Numbered from the stretch's first letter, positions 13,233-25,753 are shown. The stretch is 64,000 bases of DNA from Yuukianura sp. NJ FZ-2021 (GCA_046563655.1 CM102283.1:3782001-3846000); one strand, 5' to 3'. Translations and numbers: made by a program. Notes: a model not told the origin generated them from the letters alone.

Positions 13233-14967
13233 ATTGGTGGACGAGTTTTTCGAACCAATGACCTCTGGGTCAACACTTGTGTTGATCCAGAGAAGAAAAT
13301 CCTCGTGGCGGTGGTCCGGTCGGTGCCTCTTCGTGAGGCAAAAGCGAACGTTGACCTGTTGACCTGAGGTGGGATGCTATAGCATCCGGTGCATTGGACA
13401 GCAAATTGCTAGTCCAGGAAAAAGCACAAATTGGAGGCGTTGATTTGCACGCCAGAAACATAAGAAATTACGTTGACCCGTTAGAGGTCACGTAAGGTCA
13501 AATAAAGAAAAAATATTTTTTACCAAAATCATTTTGACCTTAAAAAGGTCAATTCAAAAAATCATTTATTTGACCCCAATGAGGTCAAATTTCGTCAAAA
13601 TTTTGAAAAATCATATTGACCTTGATGAAGGTCAAATCAAAATAATTCTTTTTGACCCCGATGAGGTCAAATTTTCAAAATTTATGTTAAACAAAGAGGG
13701 GAGGGTATGCAATGCATTTAGCATTGCAGTGACCCCAATTGACCCCGCACAAAAAAAAATTTTTTTTTTAACAATTTTCTTTGTAAGTTTTGTGACAAAA
13801 CAGAACAAAACTCAAATTTTGAAGACAATTATGTCAACATTCTCAGGTGAAACGCAAATCACCTGAAGTTAAGCAAATTACAAAGTCAAAACATTTTTGA
13901 CTACAAATTGACAAAAACATGCAAGGGCACAATGCCCTCTGTCTTGAACATACTGTAATTTTCAGATTTATAATGAAAACATAGTCAAATTAACAAAACT
14001 AACTCCAAGAAGTTAAAATGCTTTGAAAAATTCACATTTTACTTCAAAATTATGCCGATCTTTGTCAAAAACCAATTTTTCCAACTGATTAATACAAAAC
14101 TGGTAAATTTGCCCAGTCATGCTTCATAAAAATCAAGCGAATGGGTCAAAGCCCAAAATCCATCAATGGACTCAATATGTAGGGTTCTAAAAATGGAGGG
14201 ACATGAAGTCCAAACGCTGATTCGAACTGATTTGGGTAAACAAGCCGTAAAAATCAACTAAAATTTTACAATTATTGGTAATAAATTACCTCTGAAATTT
14301 GTTTAACTTTTTATGTCGACTCCAGTTTCGCAAATACAAGTTCAAGAAAGATTTTCAGTGAGAAAATTAACCTCTGAGATTTGCTGAAACATGAGGGAGA
14401 CTTCAAAAGTTGTTCGAATTCAAGTAATACTTGCCATCGAAATGCATCTGGTTGTTAAAAACAAAAACTAAAATCATGGTCTTCTTATGCGTCACCATTG
14501 AATTTGCTCAAAAACGCAGTCGGCGAAAGCGATCGAACTGCAGAGTTAAATGGTGTGCGACATGTTTTTCATGAAAAATAAATTTGTTTTACAAAAAGTT
14601 GCTAAAGATTTAAATTTGTGTCAAAAATTCAAAATTTCTAAAAGAAGAAAAAATTCTTCAGTAAACCACAAGGTCATCGAACCTTGGAACTCTTTTGGGA
14701 CAAAAGTTGACAATGGGTGAGTACACGAAGATGTATCCGGTAAGTTGTCTTTTGACCTTTTTGCAATTTGCAAAAGGCTGTCCCTTGACCTTTGACCCCA
14801 ATACAAAATTAATTTTCCTACATTTTTCTTTTACAAATTTTTCAATTTTACTTAAATTTATTTTTATTTTTCTAGGTGAATTTGGAGCCGGCTGATGACT
14901 GGGCGACCTCTGTGTGACCTCCGACCTCAACGAACTCAGGAGAGTTCTTGCGCTAAGGAGGGAGGAA

Positions 14968-15441
14968 TGTCATGAAATGACCGTTTCAGCCAGCTACTCC
15001 AATTTCACAACACAACATTTAAATATTCAAATCTTCTAATTAGCTTCCTTTTGTCTTTTGTAAAAATGTAAGTTTGGGCCCATAACGGACCCAAACCAGA
15101 TCAAACTAGTTCGTCTCCTTTGTCTCCTTAAAATAGATTTTTATGTAAAACTGGAGTAAGACAAAGCTAGATCTTACTCCAGTGGTTTCCGGTCTGGGCC
15201 CTATAAAAGGACCCAGTGCCGTCTGTACAATCAATCATTCAACTTCTTGCCTCTGCTCCGCTTGGAACAGAGTGACCTTTACTACTCGCCAGTTTGACCT
15301 CTGCGAGGTCAAACTGCGCCTTTCACTTTCATTTTTGAAAATAAAAAGTTCATTGAACTTTAGACTCCGCAACAAGCGGACAACCAAAACTTGTAGTGTT
15401 GTTTCTGTTTCTTTTAGGCCTGAAAGGCCTATTTCACTACA
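14968..15441 (+). repeat. 3' LTR
   Basis: Copy of the 5' LTR with only a few substitutions/indels, mostly in the last ~50 bp. Confidence 0.92.
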
Positions 15442-17020
15442 CCTTGTTCAAACAAAAACAGAATTCCCTGGAACTCGGATATTTTGACACTTTGAACTTC
15501 TCTCTGCAAGTTTTCTGACTAGGAGCAGATTGTGTCTGTTGAAAGTCAAAGAGAATTTAAGTTTTAGCTGTAGAATTGAGAAGAGCATTTCCCTTTTGTG
15601 GATTGAATGTTTGAATTTAAGTGAAAGTGAAAATGAAATTAGAAGTGACAGGAGAAATTAGATTTTAGGCAACATGTGCTTCTAGTCACTCCAAATTGGA
15701 AATAACAATGGAAATCCCACTCATTCATACCAACTTTGTTCACAATTTTTCAAAACAGAACAATACAAAAATTCTGCTGCTTCTGAAAGTTCATCCTCCA
15801 CTTTTCAAAATTTTCCAAAAATATAAAAGAGGTTGAGAAAGTAGTAGGGATTGTGGAAGATGAGAAAAGTCTTGAATAGAAGAGACTCAATTCCTTTCAA
15901 AATCACATTCAAAATTACTTTCTCCTCAAGAAGCTTTTTAAGTCCAAGGGTACCACATGGCATGCCCAGTGCAATGCCCGGGTATTTTAGGGTTATTTCT
16001 GGATACTACCCATCACTAAAATTCAAAAAGTCTAAATTTTTTTTAAAATAAAAAACATTTTGTAAGAACTTTTTCTTTTTTAAAATAAAGAAAAGTTTTG
16101 TAATAAAAAGTGAGTTATTTTAAAAAACCCCAACCGATTTTTTTTGAGTTTTTGAATTCGCCAAGTCCTCAACGGAGGGAGTGGTGAACCCTGAATAAAA
16201 ATGTAATTTTTTTCGTTTCTGCTTCTATTTTAAAAAGTAGTTTGATAAGGTGTATTGAATATGTTGAAAAAGAGAAAGTTGGTTTCTGTATGGATGGAAA
16301 TGGGAGAAAGTTGGAAAAAGTTTAAACCTCGTTAGATTACAAGAGGATCTGGATGTAGTCGATTGAATTTTTATAAAGGGATTTACCACTCATACTCTCT
16401 CTCTCAATTCAATCTAAGGAAAAAGAGACAAAAGAGACAAAAATTTCTGCAAAAGAAAAAGGAGAAGAGAAAAAAGAAAGACAAAAATCTCTCCCCAGGA
16501 TAAAAAGTGTTTTATAAAAATTAAAAAAAGCTACAGGGCCTCAAACTATTAAGAATTATATTACATTATAAATTATAAAAGTATAATTTTTATAATCGTT
16601 TGTATAATTTCAGTTATAGTTTTCTTATCATAGTAGAATCTGTCTAAATCACAGTGTGTGATCTCTCTTTGGAATTGAAATAAATCCTCATCTCAACCTT
16701 AAAAAAAGTTAATGAGATCCAGTTGGAAAAATTAATACAACTTTTTACTCACTCCACTCGTCAAAAAACCAGAAAAATTTAACAAATGAAAAAAAAGTAC
16801 AGAAAGGCTGTGCTTGAGCTGTCCAAATAATTTAGTTGTTCCGACACGCCTCAAAAAACTTCCTCTGCTTGAACATCTTCAAATTGAGTCTAATTAATAA
16901 TTATGATCTTCCTCAAAATAATACAACTTTGTTCCATCTTCGTTTGGTTTAAAAAGAACATAAAACAGAAAATAACATTGTTAAGTTTCGTGATATCAAA
17001 ATAATTTTGTAAAAATTAAA

Positions 17021-17139
17021 AAAAAAGTACGGTCTGTGCCACCAATCGTTCAGGCGGTGGGATTCGAACCCGAGTCCCGGTTGCCCTATACGACTGGCAT
17101 GCAAGCGATTTTTTGATTCGTCGAATGTGCTAACAGACC
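17021..17139 (-). ncRNA. Candidate RNA polymerase III small RNA (vault-RNA-like layout) or tRNA-derived SINE head
   Basis: Minus strand reads GGTCTGT-TAGCACATTCG (A-box-like) ... GGTTCGAATCCC (perfect B box) ... ACAGACC (closes a 7-bp terminal stem), then GTAC and a T9 run (terminator). No complete tRNA cloverleaf. Confidence 0.45.
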
Positions 17140-18860
17140 AATTCGCATCAAACTCACAACAAAAACAAATCCAAGTTTTGCAAAATTATGCAAAAAGATA
17201 AAAAAAATGCAAAAAAAAAAAAAAAATTTCCATTTAGTATTGCCAGAAAAAACTGACGGTTTAGCTTTCGTGATGCCACAAAACACAAAGTTTTTCAGTT
17301 TTTGGATTCGGTAATTTACATAATTTCGAAACCAAAATCTGCTTTAGTTTTGCCAGAATAAGAAAAAACATGATTCTACGCCAAAATTTTTAAAAAGCCA
17401 CAACAATTGTGGTTTTGATTTAAATCCGAAACTTTTTCCCCCAAAAAAATGAAAGTGTTGGTGGTGTGAATTTGTCAGAAATTGTTATTGTTTTTTTACA
17501 TCAATTGCATTCAATTGCTTGTAAAATTTTAGTCGCAAACCAAAAACCATAAAAAAGTAAGTTTTTGAACAAAAAACAAAGAAGACCACCCAAATCAACA
17601 GAAAATAAGAAGTGTCAAATTTCTTTTCATGTACCAATTGACAAAAAATGCACAAAACTTTCCAAAACTTAGATCTTTAGACAAAATCTTTACCAAAATC
17701 TTCTGAACAAAGACAAATTTTGAAAAAGTAGTGCACACCTTGGCGGGCGGTTTTAAGACATTTCCATTTTCCGTAATCGCTTCATCCCATCACACTTTCA
17801 AAATTTCGTGTTTTTCGTTGCGTGATGTTAATTGATCTGTAAATGGCAGTTGTTGTGGGCCACTCTCAATTTCACTCTTCTTAGAGATGTCTCATCGTAA
17901 GAAAACCTTTCAAAAGTGTTAAAAAAATGTTTAGTAAACATTTGAAAGCGACTGAAGAGAACAATTTCGTAAAAACGGAGCCAAGGGAGGAGAATTATTA
18001 TACTTATCTCTCTTCATTGTTATTTTCACGGTGCTTTTTACAGTTCAAATGAAAACCGCCATTTACTTTTTATGTCCCTCTAAATTTAAACGTAGACGCC
18101 GGAAAAGAAAATCATCAACACAACTTCCATTAATCACTCACCAGCGTCTTGCAGTTTGCAAGTAACCATGATCAACTAAAAAAAATGCAATTTTAAGATG
18201 CCATCATAAGAACTCAAAATTTGAAATTCAAAAAAACGCATTCAGCGGAACTGATGAAAATTTTCATGAGCAACCAACCCCCTACGTCGTAAAAAAATCA
18301 AAATTAAATTCACCGCTAAGAATTTTCACTTTAAAAAAATTAGACAAAATTCTCAAAGTCTTTCTTCACAAAATTCTTTTTTTGAGAAGTCTTAGGTCTG
18401 ATGCAGAGCGGTCAAAGGTCAAGTGTTTTTGTTTTTTGAGTGTTTTTTTTTCTCAGTGTTTTTTTTGGGTGTTTTTTCTAAGTGTTTCTTTGGGTGTTCT
18501 ATTTCTGGGTGTTGGTGATTAATCATAGGTTAAATTAAGTCAAGCAGAAGCAGAAGCAAGTCATTTCTCAAATTGAAGTGCGAGGTGTCTAAAAAAAATG
18601 AAGCTTAAGGAAGTTACCGCTAATGGATCCCAAATCACAACCAATTTTGGCAGTATCTGAAAAATGCGGCCAAGTATCTTATGCTTTTGAGTTGTACTTG
18701 ACATTGAAACTAATGAAAACAAAACATGAGTTATGATTTCAGTTTTTAATCTTCAAGCTTCCATTAAGTCAAGTACCTCACAGAAAAAAAGAAAAAAGCA
18801 AAGTTGCAAAAAAGCAGAAGATTTAAAATGTTTAAACTTACCTTGATTTTCTCGTTGATT

Positions 18861-21800
18861 TTAGTCGTCATCTAGCAATTCAAATGGAAATTGGTTCAAA
18901 ACTGCTTCTGCGCAGACTGGATTGAACGCTTTCTGGACATAGCGACGAGCACGTTCTGATCGCTTCAATTCAGCGTACGGTTTACGCAGCGATCGAGTTT
19001 GAAGCAGCGACAACACGCTTGGGCTGTACTTGATTTCAGAACGCTTCGGCAGTTTGGATTCCTCCAGACACTCCACTTCATTCGTACGCTCATTTGTAAT
19101 CAGGGATTCTAAAAAAAATAGCAAAATTTTGGTTTTACAGTTTTGGAAATCTAAATTTTCAAACATTTTCTTACCTTGCTCTTCGTCGTCATCTGCACAA
19201 GTTTGAGAGTCACGCAGATATTCTTGAATCAACTTGAGGTCCTTGGCCGGAATTGGCAGATTTTCTTCTTGACCTGCATGTTGACCTTGCCCTGCAGGTT
19301 GACCTTGACCTGCAGGTTGACCTTTGACCTCATTTTTGAAATCTTCCACCCAAATGTAGTTGTCATCATCATCATCTTCAAAATCATGCTCATCAGCGGG
19401 ATCTCCCAGAGGCTCATTTAGCTGGAAAACGCTTTCTGGAAAAGTTTTGTCAATCCAGCGCTGAGTCGCTTTCACTTCAGCCAATGGGAAGTCATAAACG
19501 AAATCCACTTTGGTCCGAAGTCCTTCGCTGTTGAACAGCGATTTCTTGGATCGCTGGAAACGATCCAGAAAATACTGGAACTCTTTTTCAGAAATCGCTG
19601 GAACGGTGATTGCAAAATCACGGTGCAGCTCCTCCTTCCTCTTCGTTTCTGAAAATGGCTCCAACTTTGTATAGCCTAAAATTTACAAAATAAAATGTCA
19701 AAATGATCAAAAAATTTCGAGTTTTTCAAATTTTTGTCGTAAGTTTACCAATATTTTTGCAATTTCCACGCCTTTTGAGGAAATTCTTGACACGGACTTT
19801 TCGGGACTTGAGCAGCGTTTGATTCAAGCGACCAATCAGCGCCATCAGCGTTTCGTCTCTTCGCAGAAGCATGGAACTTTGAAATCGCTTCTCCAGCTCT
19901 TTTTCATACGCTTCTGGACTATTTGAAACGTAGATTGACATTCCATGTGGTTTGATCACAGAATGGACAAAGTCCAAATGTTTCTTGTATTCTGCATACA
20001 AGTCACCAATGATCAAGTGCAGTTTCTTTCTTGAAAGGGGCTTCAAGCGATGACGCTGAATCGCTGAAATCGCTGAACTTTGTTGCTCCTGTTCCTTGAT
20101 TTTCTCTTCTGCCGAAGTGACAACAATTTCCGGTTGGTCCAGTGAAACCTCAACTTCCGTAGCGTCAAAAACTTCAACCGGTGCCGTAGAGCAGACCGGA
20201 CCGAAACCGGAACTGACCGAATCGTCAAAAGTTTCGGTAAGCATGCGTAGAAACTGCTCACTTGTCTTAGCCGTGTCTTCATCAGACGAAACGGTACTCT
20301 CTGAATCAGAAGGCGGTTGAAGGCAGTCGACACATGACGGATGAAGACGGTTTTTACGACGCACGCGTCGGTGTTTCCGAGTTTCTTTTCGAACGTCGTG
20401 CATAAAAGCGAGACCGTCCCGAATCAGACGTCGATGATTTTGTTCCGTCAAAATTTCTTTGACTTCTTCTTCCGACAATTTCCGAACTTCGGGTGTTCCC
20501 GATTCAACCAATCCGAGTGATTCTCTATCTGTGTCGAAAAAACTCTCAAAAACGATTTGAAAAACTTTTTTTTTTGAAAAATTGAAATACCTGGGAGATG
20601 GTCAGTAGTATTCTGTGGTCCAGCAATTGTAGACTTTCTCGATTGTGAAAGTCGACGCAAAAGGTCTTCCGAAGCTCCGCGAGCAAACAGTTCCAGCTCA
20701 TACTCTTTTTCCGAATGGCGTCGATTGAAGTCAAACAAAATCCCATTTGGATCCATTTTCTTGTGATCTGAAATCATCAACAAAACGTTTTCCATCGCAA
20801 GACGCTCATCTGAGTCTTCAATGCCCGCCACAAGTTTCGAAATTCGGCGGTGACTGGTTCTGATCTGGGCTCGTTTTTTGATTGGTGGAATTTCTAGAAG
20901 CGACGCCCCAGTCATGGTCTCTTCGTCTTTTGACCGAATCTGCTCACTTTCTTTCTGTTTCTGGTCACCCTTGGATTGACGCTTGCCTTTGGCCTTGGAA
21001 CCTTTTTGCTTCGTATCGTCACCTCCATCGCGTTTGGAACCTTTTCGTTTCGTATTGTCGCCTGCACCCTGCTTGGAACCTTTTTGCTTCGTAGCGTCTC
21101 CCTGCTTGGAACCTTTTTGTGTCGTATCGTCCCCGGCATCTTTTTTCTGTTTTCGTTTTCCCTTAACCCCTCGGGGTTTTTCATTCTCTGTGGATTCATT
21201 CGTTTCCGGCAGTTTGTCGTCAATTTTTCTAAAATACAAATAAAACGAAAAACGTAAACAATTTCGAAATATTGATTTTAATTTTTTTTTTTGAAAAACT
21301 TACTCGAGCTTTGTCGTGAGTGGAGTAATTTTTGGTGGTTTGGCAAAATGACCACCAAAAAACTTAGTATCACCGTACAATGGATAAAACTGAACAACGG
21401 CGTCTCCAGCCTCTCCAGCCTCCAGTTCTTCCCTGAATCGCACCTCGTCTTCGTCAAGTTTGAAAATTTTGAGCTTGGATCGTCGACTGTGACTTGCGTA
21501 CTCCACTCCAAGATCTTCCAGTTGCATGAAATCCAGGTTCTGGAGAGATCCAGATCCAGAATCACTTCCAGTCGCGGCAGAAACTCTGCCCAACTCCTTG
21601 GACATACTGTGCAGGTTCACATAAGATCCAATGTCGCCAAGGGAACCCACATCATCCGGTGGACTTGCTTGGCGCCAGAGGTCAGGGTACGCACGGTACA
21701 ACTGCTGCAACTAAACAAGTAAAAAAATAGAAAATTTTCAGAATTTCAGTGTTCGAATTTCAGAATTTAAAAATTTTTGAAAATTACTTCTGAATGCTTG

Positions 21801-22054
21801 TAGCACAACTCCGTCTGCAGGTACGAGATTTTGACAAGGTCCTGGGCCCCATTTTCCAAAAATTCTGCCAAGTATTCGTAAATGTTGTCCGGTTTGATTG
21901 GCAGTTCGTAGAGGAGCGTCAGTGCTGGCTGAAATACTTCCAGCACATTGTTGTCATTGATGTACTTCCAGAACTGCTTGGCAGCGGACTCTCTAAAGGA
22001 CTTCTTGGACTGCCAGTACTTTTCTTCCTCGGTAGGTACTTCCTCCATTTTCAT
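18861..22054 (-). CDS. Uncharacterised ~950-aa protein with an N-terminal MYCBP/AMY-1-like (docking/dimerisation-type) domain and low-complexity charged repeats
   Basis: Exons 22054-21788, 21710-21304, 21228-20591, 20528-19749, 19675-19175 and 19108-18861 join in consistent phase via GT-AG introns. N-terminus SFRESAAKQFWKYINDNNVLEVFQPALTLLYELPIKPDNIYEYLAEFL resembles c-Myc-binding protein. Confidence 0.7.
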
Positions 22055-22187
22055 AAAGTTGCACTGGAAAGAGCGCTGAATGCTGGAATGTCAGTTCTCC
22101 ACAGAAGTATTCAGTTCTGCAGTGAAGCGATAAGCAGGAGACCAGATTCAAACCGCAGCATAAACATTCACACCAAACAGCACATTC

Positions 22188-22201
22188 ATCACCATGACAA
22201 C
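22188..22201 (-). promoter_or_regulatory. RFX X-box upstream of the MYCBP-like gene
   Basis: GTTGTCATGGTGAT on the minus strand, about 135 bp upstream of the ATG at 22054. Confidence 0.55.
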
Positions 22202-22275
22202 ACTTTTTCAAAGAAAGGGGCTTGGCGTTACACAAATCAAAAATTTTGATTCAAAATTTCGTCAATGGATCCTCG

Positions 22276-23701
22276 TCATGATTTTATTTCGTCCGGATTC
22301 TCTTCATTTTTTAAGCTAAATGAGCCATGTCGACCCACTCCTTTGACGAAACTTGAGGCACCGGGTATAGATTCCTAAAAACCGAAAATATTTTTGAAAT
22401 TTTAAAATTTTGAGTTGGTTCATTTAAGATTTTAAAAGTTCTTACTGTTTGTATAACTTCCACTCCGCGTGTCATTTCAAATTGAACGGCATCTTGGAAA
22501 CTGCAGGCAGAGTAGACTGAGTTGTAGGCGCTGAGTCTATCACGATTCATGCACTCTTGTGGAAACTTGGCAATTGACTGAGCCAGTATCATCGCTTTAC
22601 CAACAGCAGTTCCAGTCGAAGTCACTCGATTGGCCAACCCAATTTCAAAAGCTTCTTTTCCACTTACTGGACGGCCAGTCAAAATCATGTCCTGAAACAA
22701 CACAAAGACAAACATTAGTTCCATTTTAAACAAGTTTTTGCGAATTTATATAAAAAAATGCAAATTGCAAAAACGTTTTTTTTTAAAATTTTTTTTTAAA
22801 GCAAAATAGCTTACCATAGCTCGGCTTAGTCCAATTAAATGTGGCAAACGAACGGATCCACCATCCAACAATGGAACACCTAAAAAAATGCAACATCAAC
22901 AATAAATTCCAGAAAAACAATAAACAAATCACTTTTGAACATTTCACAACTTTGTCACAGCTTTTCTTTGAGGAAATGATTGTTCTGAATTCTTACCAAA
23001 TCTACGACAGAATACGCCGAGCACACTTGTATCTTCTACGACTCTTAAATCACACATGAGAGCCAGCTCCAAACCACCAGCCACTGCATAGCCTTGCACA
23101 GCAGCGATTACTGGCTTCTTGAAAATTCGACGTGACGGACCCTGCAATTTACCACAACTAAATAATTAGTTAATTAGTTACGTTGTTTAGTTAGTGTGAT
23201 GTTACCATTGGTCCAACTCCATCCTTACTTTGAGGACTGAAAAAGAAAGGATCGAAGTCTGTCTTCCCTTCCTGCGATGCAAGAAACTCCAGATCATATC
23301 CAGCACTGGAATCAACATCAATCAACAAAATAGGAAATGCTGAAAAAAAAAATCACAAAACTTCTAAGTTTAATTGATTGAAAACTAACCAAAATGTGCC
23401 TCCTTTTCCATACAAAATGGCAACAGAAGAGTCTGGATCTTCTTCGAACGATTTGAAAGCGATTTGGAGTTCTCGAGCAGTGTCTGGATTGACGCAGTTT
23501 CTCTTCTCCGGTCGATTAATTGCAATCACTCTGATGTCCTTCAACTGCTCAACAAGAACGTTTGGAGCTGGAAACAAATCAATTAGTAGTAATCACTATC
23601 ATTCCGAAATGTTCCAATACTTTTAGTATTTTTGACTTACTTTTTGTACAGAATCGCCTGATTTGACTTTGTGAACAAAGGCTGAACAAAAGTCTCGTCA
23701 T
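22276..23701 (-). CDS. Enoyl-CoA hydratase/isomerase (crotonase) family protein, probably mitochondrial
   Basis: Motifs INRPEKRNCVN, KPVIAAVQGYAVAGGLELALMCDLR, GVPLLDGGSVRLPHLIGLSRA and MILTGRPVSGKEAFEIGLANRV; about 7 exons; Arg/Ser-rich N-terminal leader. Confidence 0.93.
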
Positions 23702-23831
23702 TGTCGCTGTTTTCCGAATGTGGTCCTTTGTAGAGAATCAAGATTAATCAATTATGTATTAATTAAACTAATTAATTAATTACTGAAAAAAAGTGAAGTT
23801 AAAAAATGGGAAATGAGAAAAAACAAAATAT

Positions 23832-24070
23832 TGGTTGGGGTAAGGCTTAACCACCCTCATTGTAGATTGACACGTGTAGCCACTTTGTTTACGGCCAAAA
23901 TATGTTGCTACATTATGCGACTACTTCTGTTGCCACTTCAGGGTGGGCTAAAGTGGCTAACGTTTTGCCTTAATCCGTAGCCACCACATAGTGCAGCCAC
24001 AAAGGAAAGACAGAAGTAGGTTCAATAAATAAGTGGCTACAACGAGGGTCGTCGATCCTCACTCCAACCA
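23832..24070. mobile_element. MITE with ~33-bp imperfect TIRs and TAGCCAC/GTGGCTA internal repeats
   Basis: Left end GGTTGGGGTAAGGCTTAACCACCCTCATTGTAG versus reverse complement of the right end GGTTGGAGTGAGGATCGACGACCCTCGTTGTAG. Confidence 0.7.
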
Positions 24071-24251
24071 CATGCCTTACTTTATTCGCGCCCAATTCAA
24101 ATCTCGTCTACGTGTCTCATTCCGGAACGTCCGCAGAAGCGAATTCTTGGAACAATAAGTCATCTAAAATTCGGAAATTACAAAAACGTAAAAAAACGTT
24201 TCTTTATTAACTCGTTTTCAATTGATTTAAATCAGAATTGGAAACGGTAAC

Positions 24252-25753
24252 TTACGTTTCCGTCACTTCCTTCTGGTTACTTAAAAACGTTTTGATTATT
24301 TCACATTTTACGGTTCCGCAGTTACAGGGAACAGGGTGCTGCTCGTCATCTGGCAACATTTCCAAATTGATTTTGTAAGCTCTTGGATTGCCAGTATCTT
24401 GATTGTCCCGTTCCATTCCAAATTCCCAACCAACGATGTCACCAGGCTCAACTGACATTGGATTGGGGAACAAAATGACAGTTTGCTTCCAGTGTGTTTC
24501 TTGGTCCCAGGGGGCAGTAGACAGCTCAAGTTCGTCTGGAAACGAAACAATTGATGATCCAAAAGTAATTAGTTTGACACATTTCAATTAGTTTTCTCAA
24601 TTAGTCTTACCTTCCTCCAATCTGGAACCGGGTAAAGCCTTGAATTTACAAACAAACCAAACGCAAACACCATGGACTTGAGTCTCTTCTTCTGCCTCGA
24701 TACTGAAAAATCTCCGATCAGAGAACTTGTCTAAGGCAGATGACGAAACCGTTTGGAGGTCAATGTTCCAAAGTAACTGCGGATCAGACACCAACCCATC
24801 CGGAGGCACCTTCAAATCAATTAGTAATCGAAAATTACTTTCCACTTGTGAGACAACTGTTGGTTAGAACTTACTGAATGAACTTCCGGTTTCGTCTGTT
24901 TCTGAGCAATTTCGGCAAATGGAGAAAAGTCAAAGTCGTACTGCTGGGTATGCCAAAAGCCGATTTGGTTGGTCCAAAGTTCTGGAAGGACACAAGGAGC
25001 AGCATAAATCTGCGCGGTGGTCGGAAACAGTACGCCGGATGGTTTCAAGAATTTGTCTCGAGCAAAGATGACAGAGTCAAGCATAGATTCATGTAGGAGA
25101 TGGAACCCCATCCACTCGGAAACTATGATGTCAACTTGTTCTTCTAATGTTACATCTTCCACTTTCGAATGTACCACCTTAGTAGTTAAAATAACAAGGT
25201 TAAACTAATTAGTAATTGAATAAATTACAAATGGTTACTTGGATAATGTCGGAGAACCCATTTTTGGCGACAACCGACGGCAGAATTAATGCGAGGTTTG
25301 AAGCTTCAACTGAAATGACCTTCCTTGCTCCAGCCTTGGCACAAATGAGACTCAGGATACCTAAATAGTACTCTTTAGTTAGTTAATTAATCAATTAATC
25401 TGGCTCTAAGGTAGTTTGGAATTAGGAATATGGAAAACCTGTTCCAGCACCGACATCCATGACCACTTTTCCTTGGAAGAACTCTTTAGCATCGTAGATG
25501 ACTTCTTTGTACCGAGACGTCCGGACAATATCTTGAAGCATCAATCGGTGAACCTACAAGGATTTAGAAAATGTTAACAATTGAAAATGTTTCAAGTTAA
25601 AATGGTGGACAAGTTTGAGCGTCCTCTGATAGATACGGATGATAAACGTACACCTAAATCCTCGTAGCTCTTGAAGTATTCATCGATTGGACCAGCGGGA
25701 AGTGGTGTAGAGTTGACACCACTGGAAGGGAGGCAACTTCCTGTCGTGTCCAT
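24252..25753 (-). CDS. Protein arginine N-methyltransferase, type I (PRMT1/6-like; C-terminal Cys motif reminiscent of Drosophila Art8)
   Basis: Motifs YFKSYEDL, HRLMLQD, VVMDVGAGTG, VDIIVSEWMGFHLLHESML (double-E loop) and THWKQT; ends HPVPCNCGTVKC. Confidence 0.92.

Larger units (their letters stand above)
12759..15441 (+). mobile_element. Non-autonomous LTR retrotransposon, probably gypsy-type
   Basis: Two 474-bp near-identical direct repeats with TG...CA ends (12759-13232 and 14968-15441). 4-bp TSD CCTT at 12755-12758 and 15442-15445. PBS-like TGGTGGA just after the 5' LTR. Polypurine tract AAGGAGGGAGGAA before the 3' LTR. The 1.7-kb interior has no long ORF. Confidence 0.92.

Noticed and set aside
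12973-15487. Duplicated ORFs MVSGLGPIKG... at 12973 and 15182
   Set aside because: They lie in the two LTRs, start at GTG and resemble no protein family; they are a by-product of the LTR duplication.
17041-17139. Canonical tRNA gene
   Set aside because: The T-arm/B box is present but no proper D-arm, anticodon arm or acceptor geometry can be built. Kept only as a Pol III candidate.
18861-21710. Cluster of long unknown ORFs as a viral or Polinton insertion
   Set aside because: They join through ordinary host-style introns into one gene, with no viral hallmark motifs or terminal repeats.
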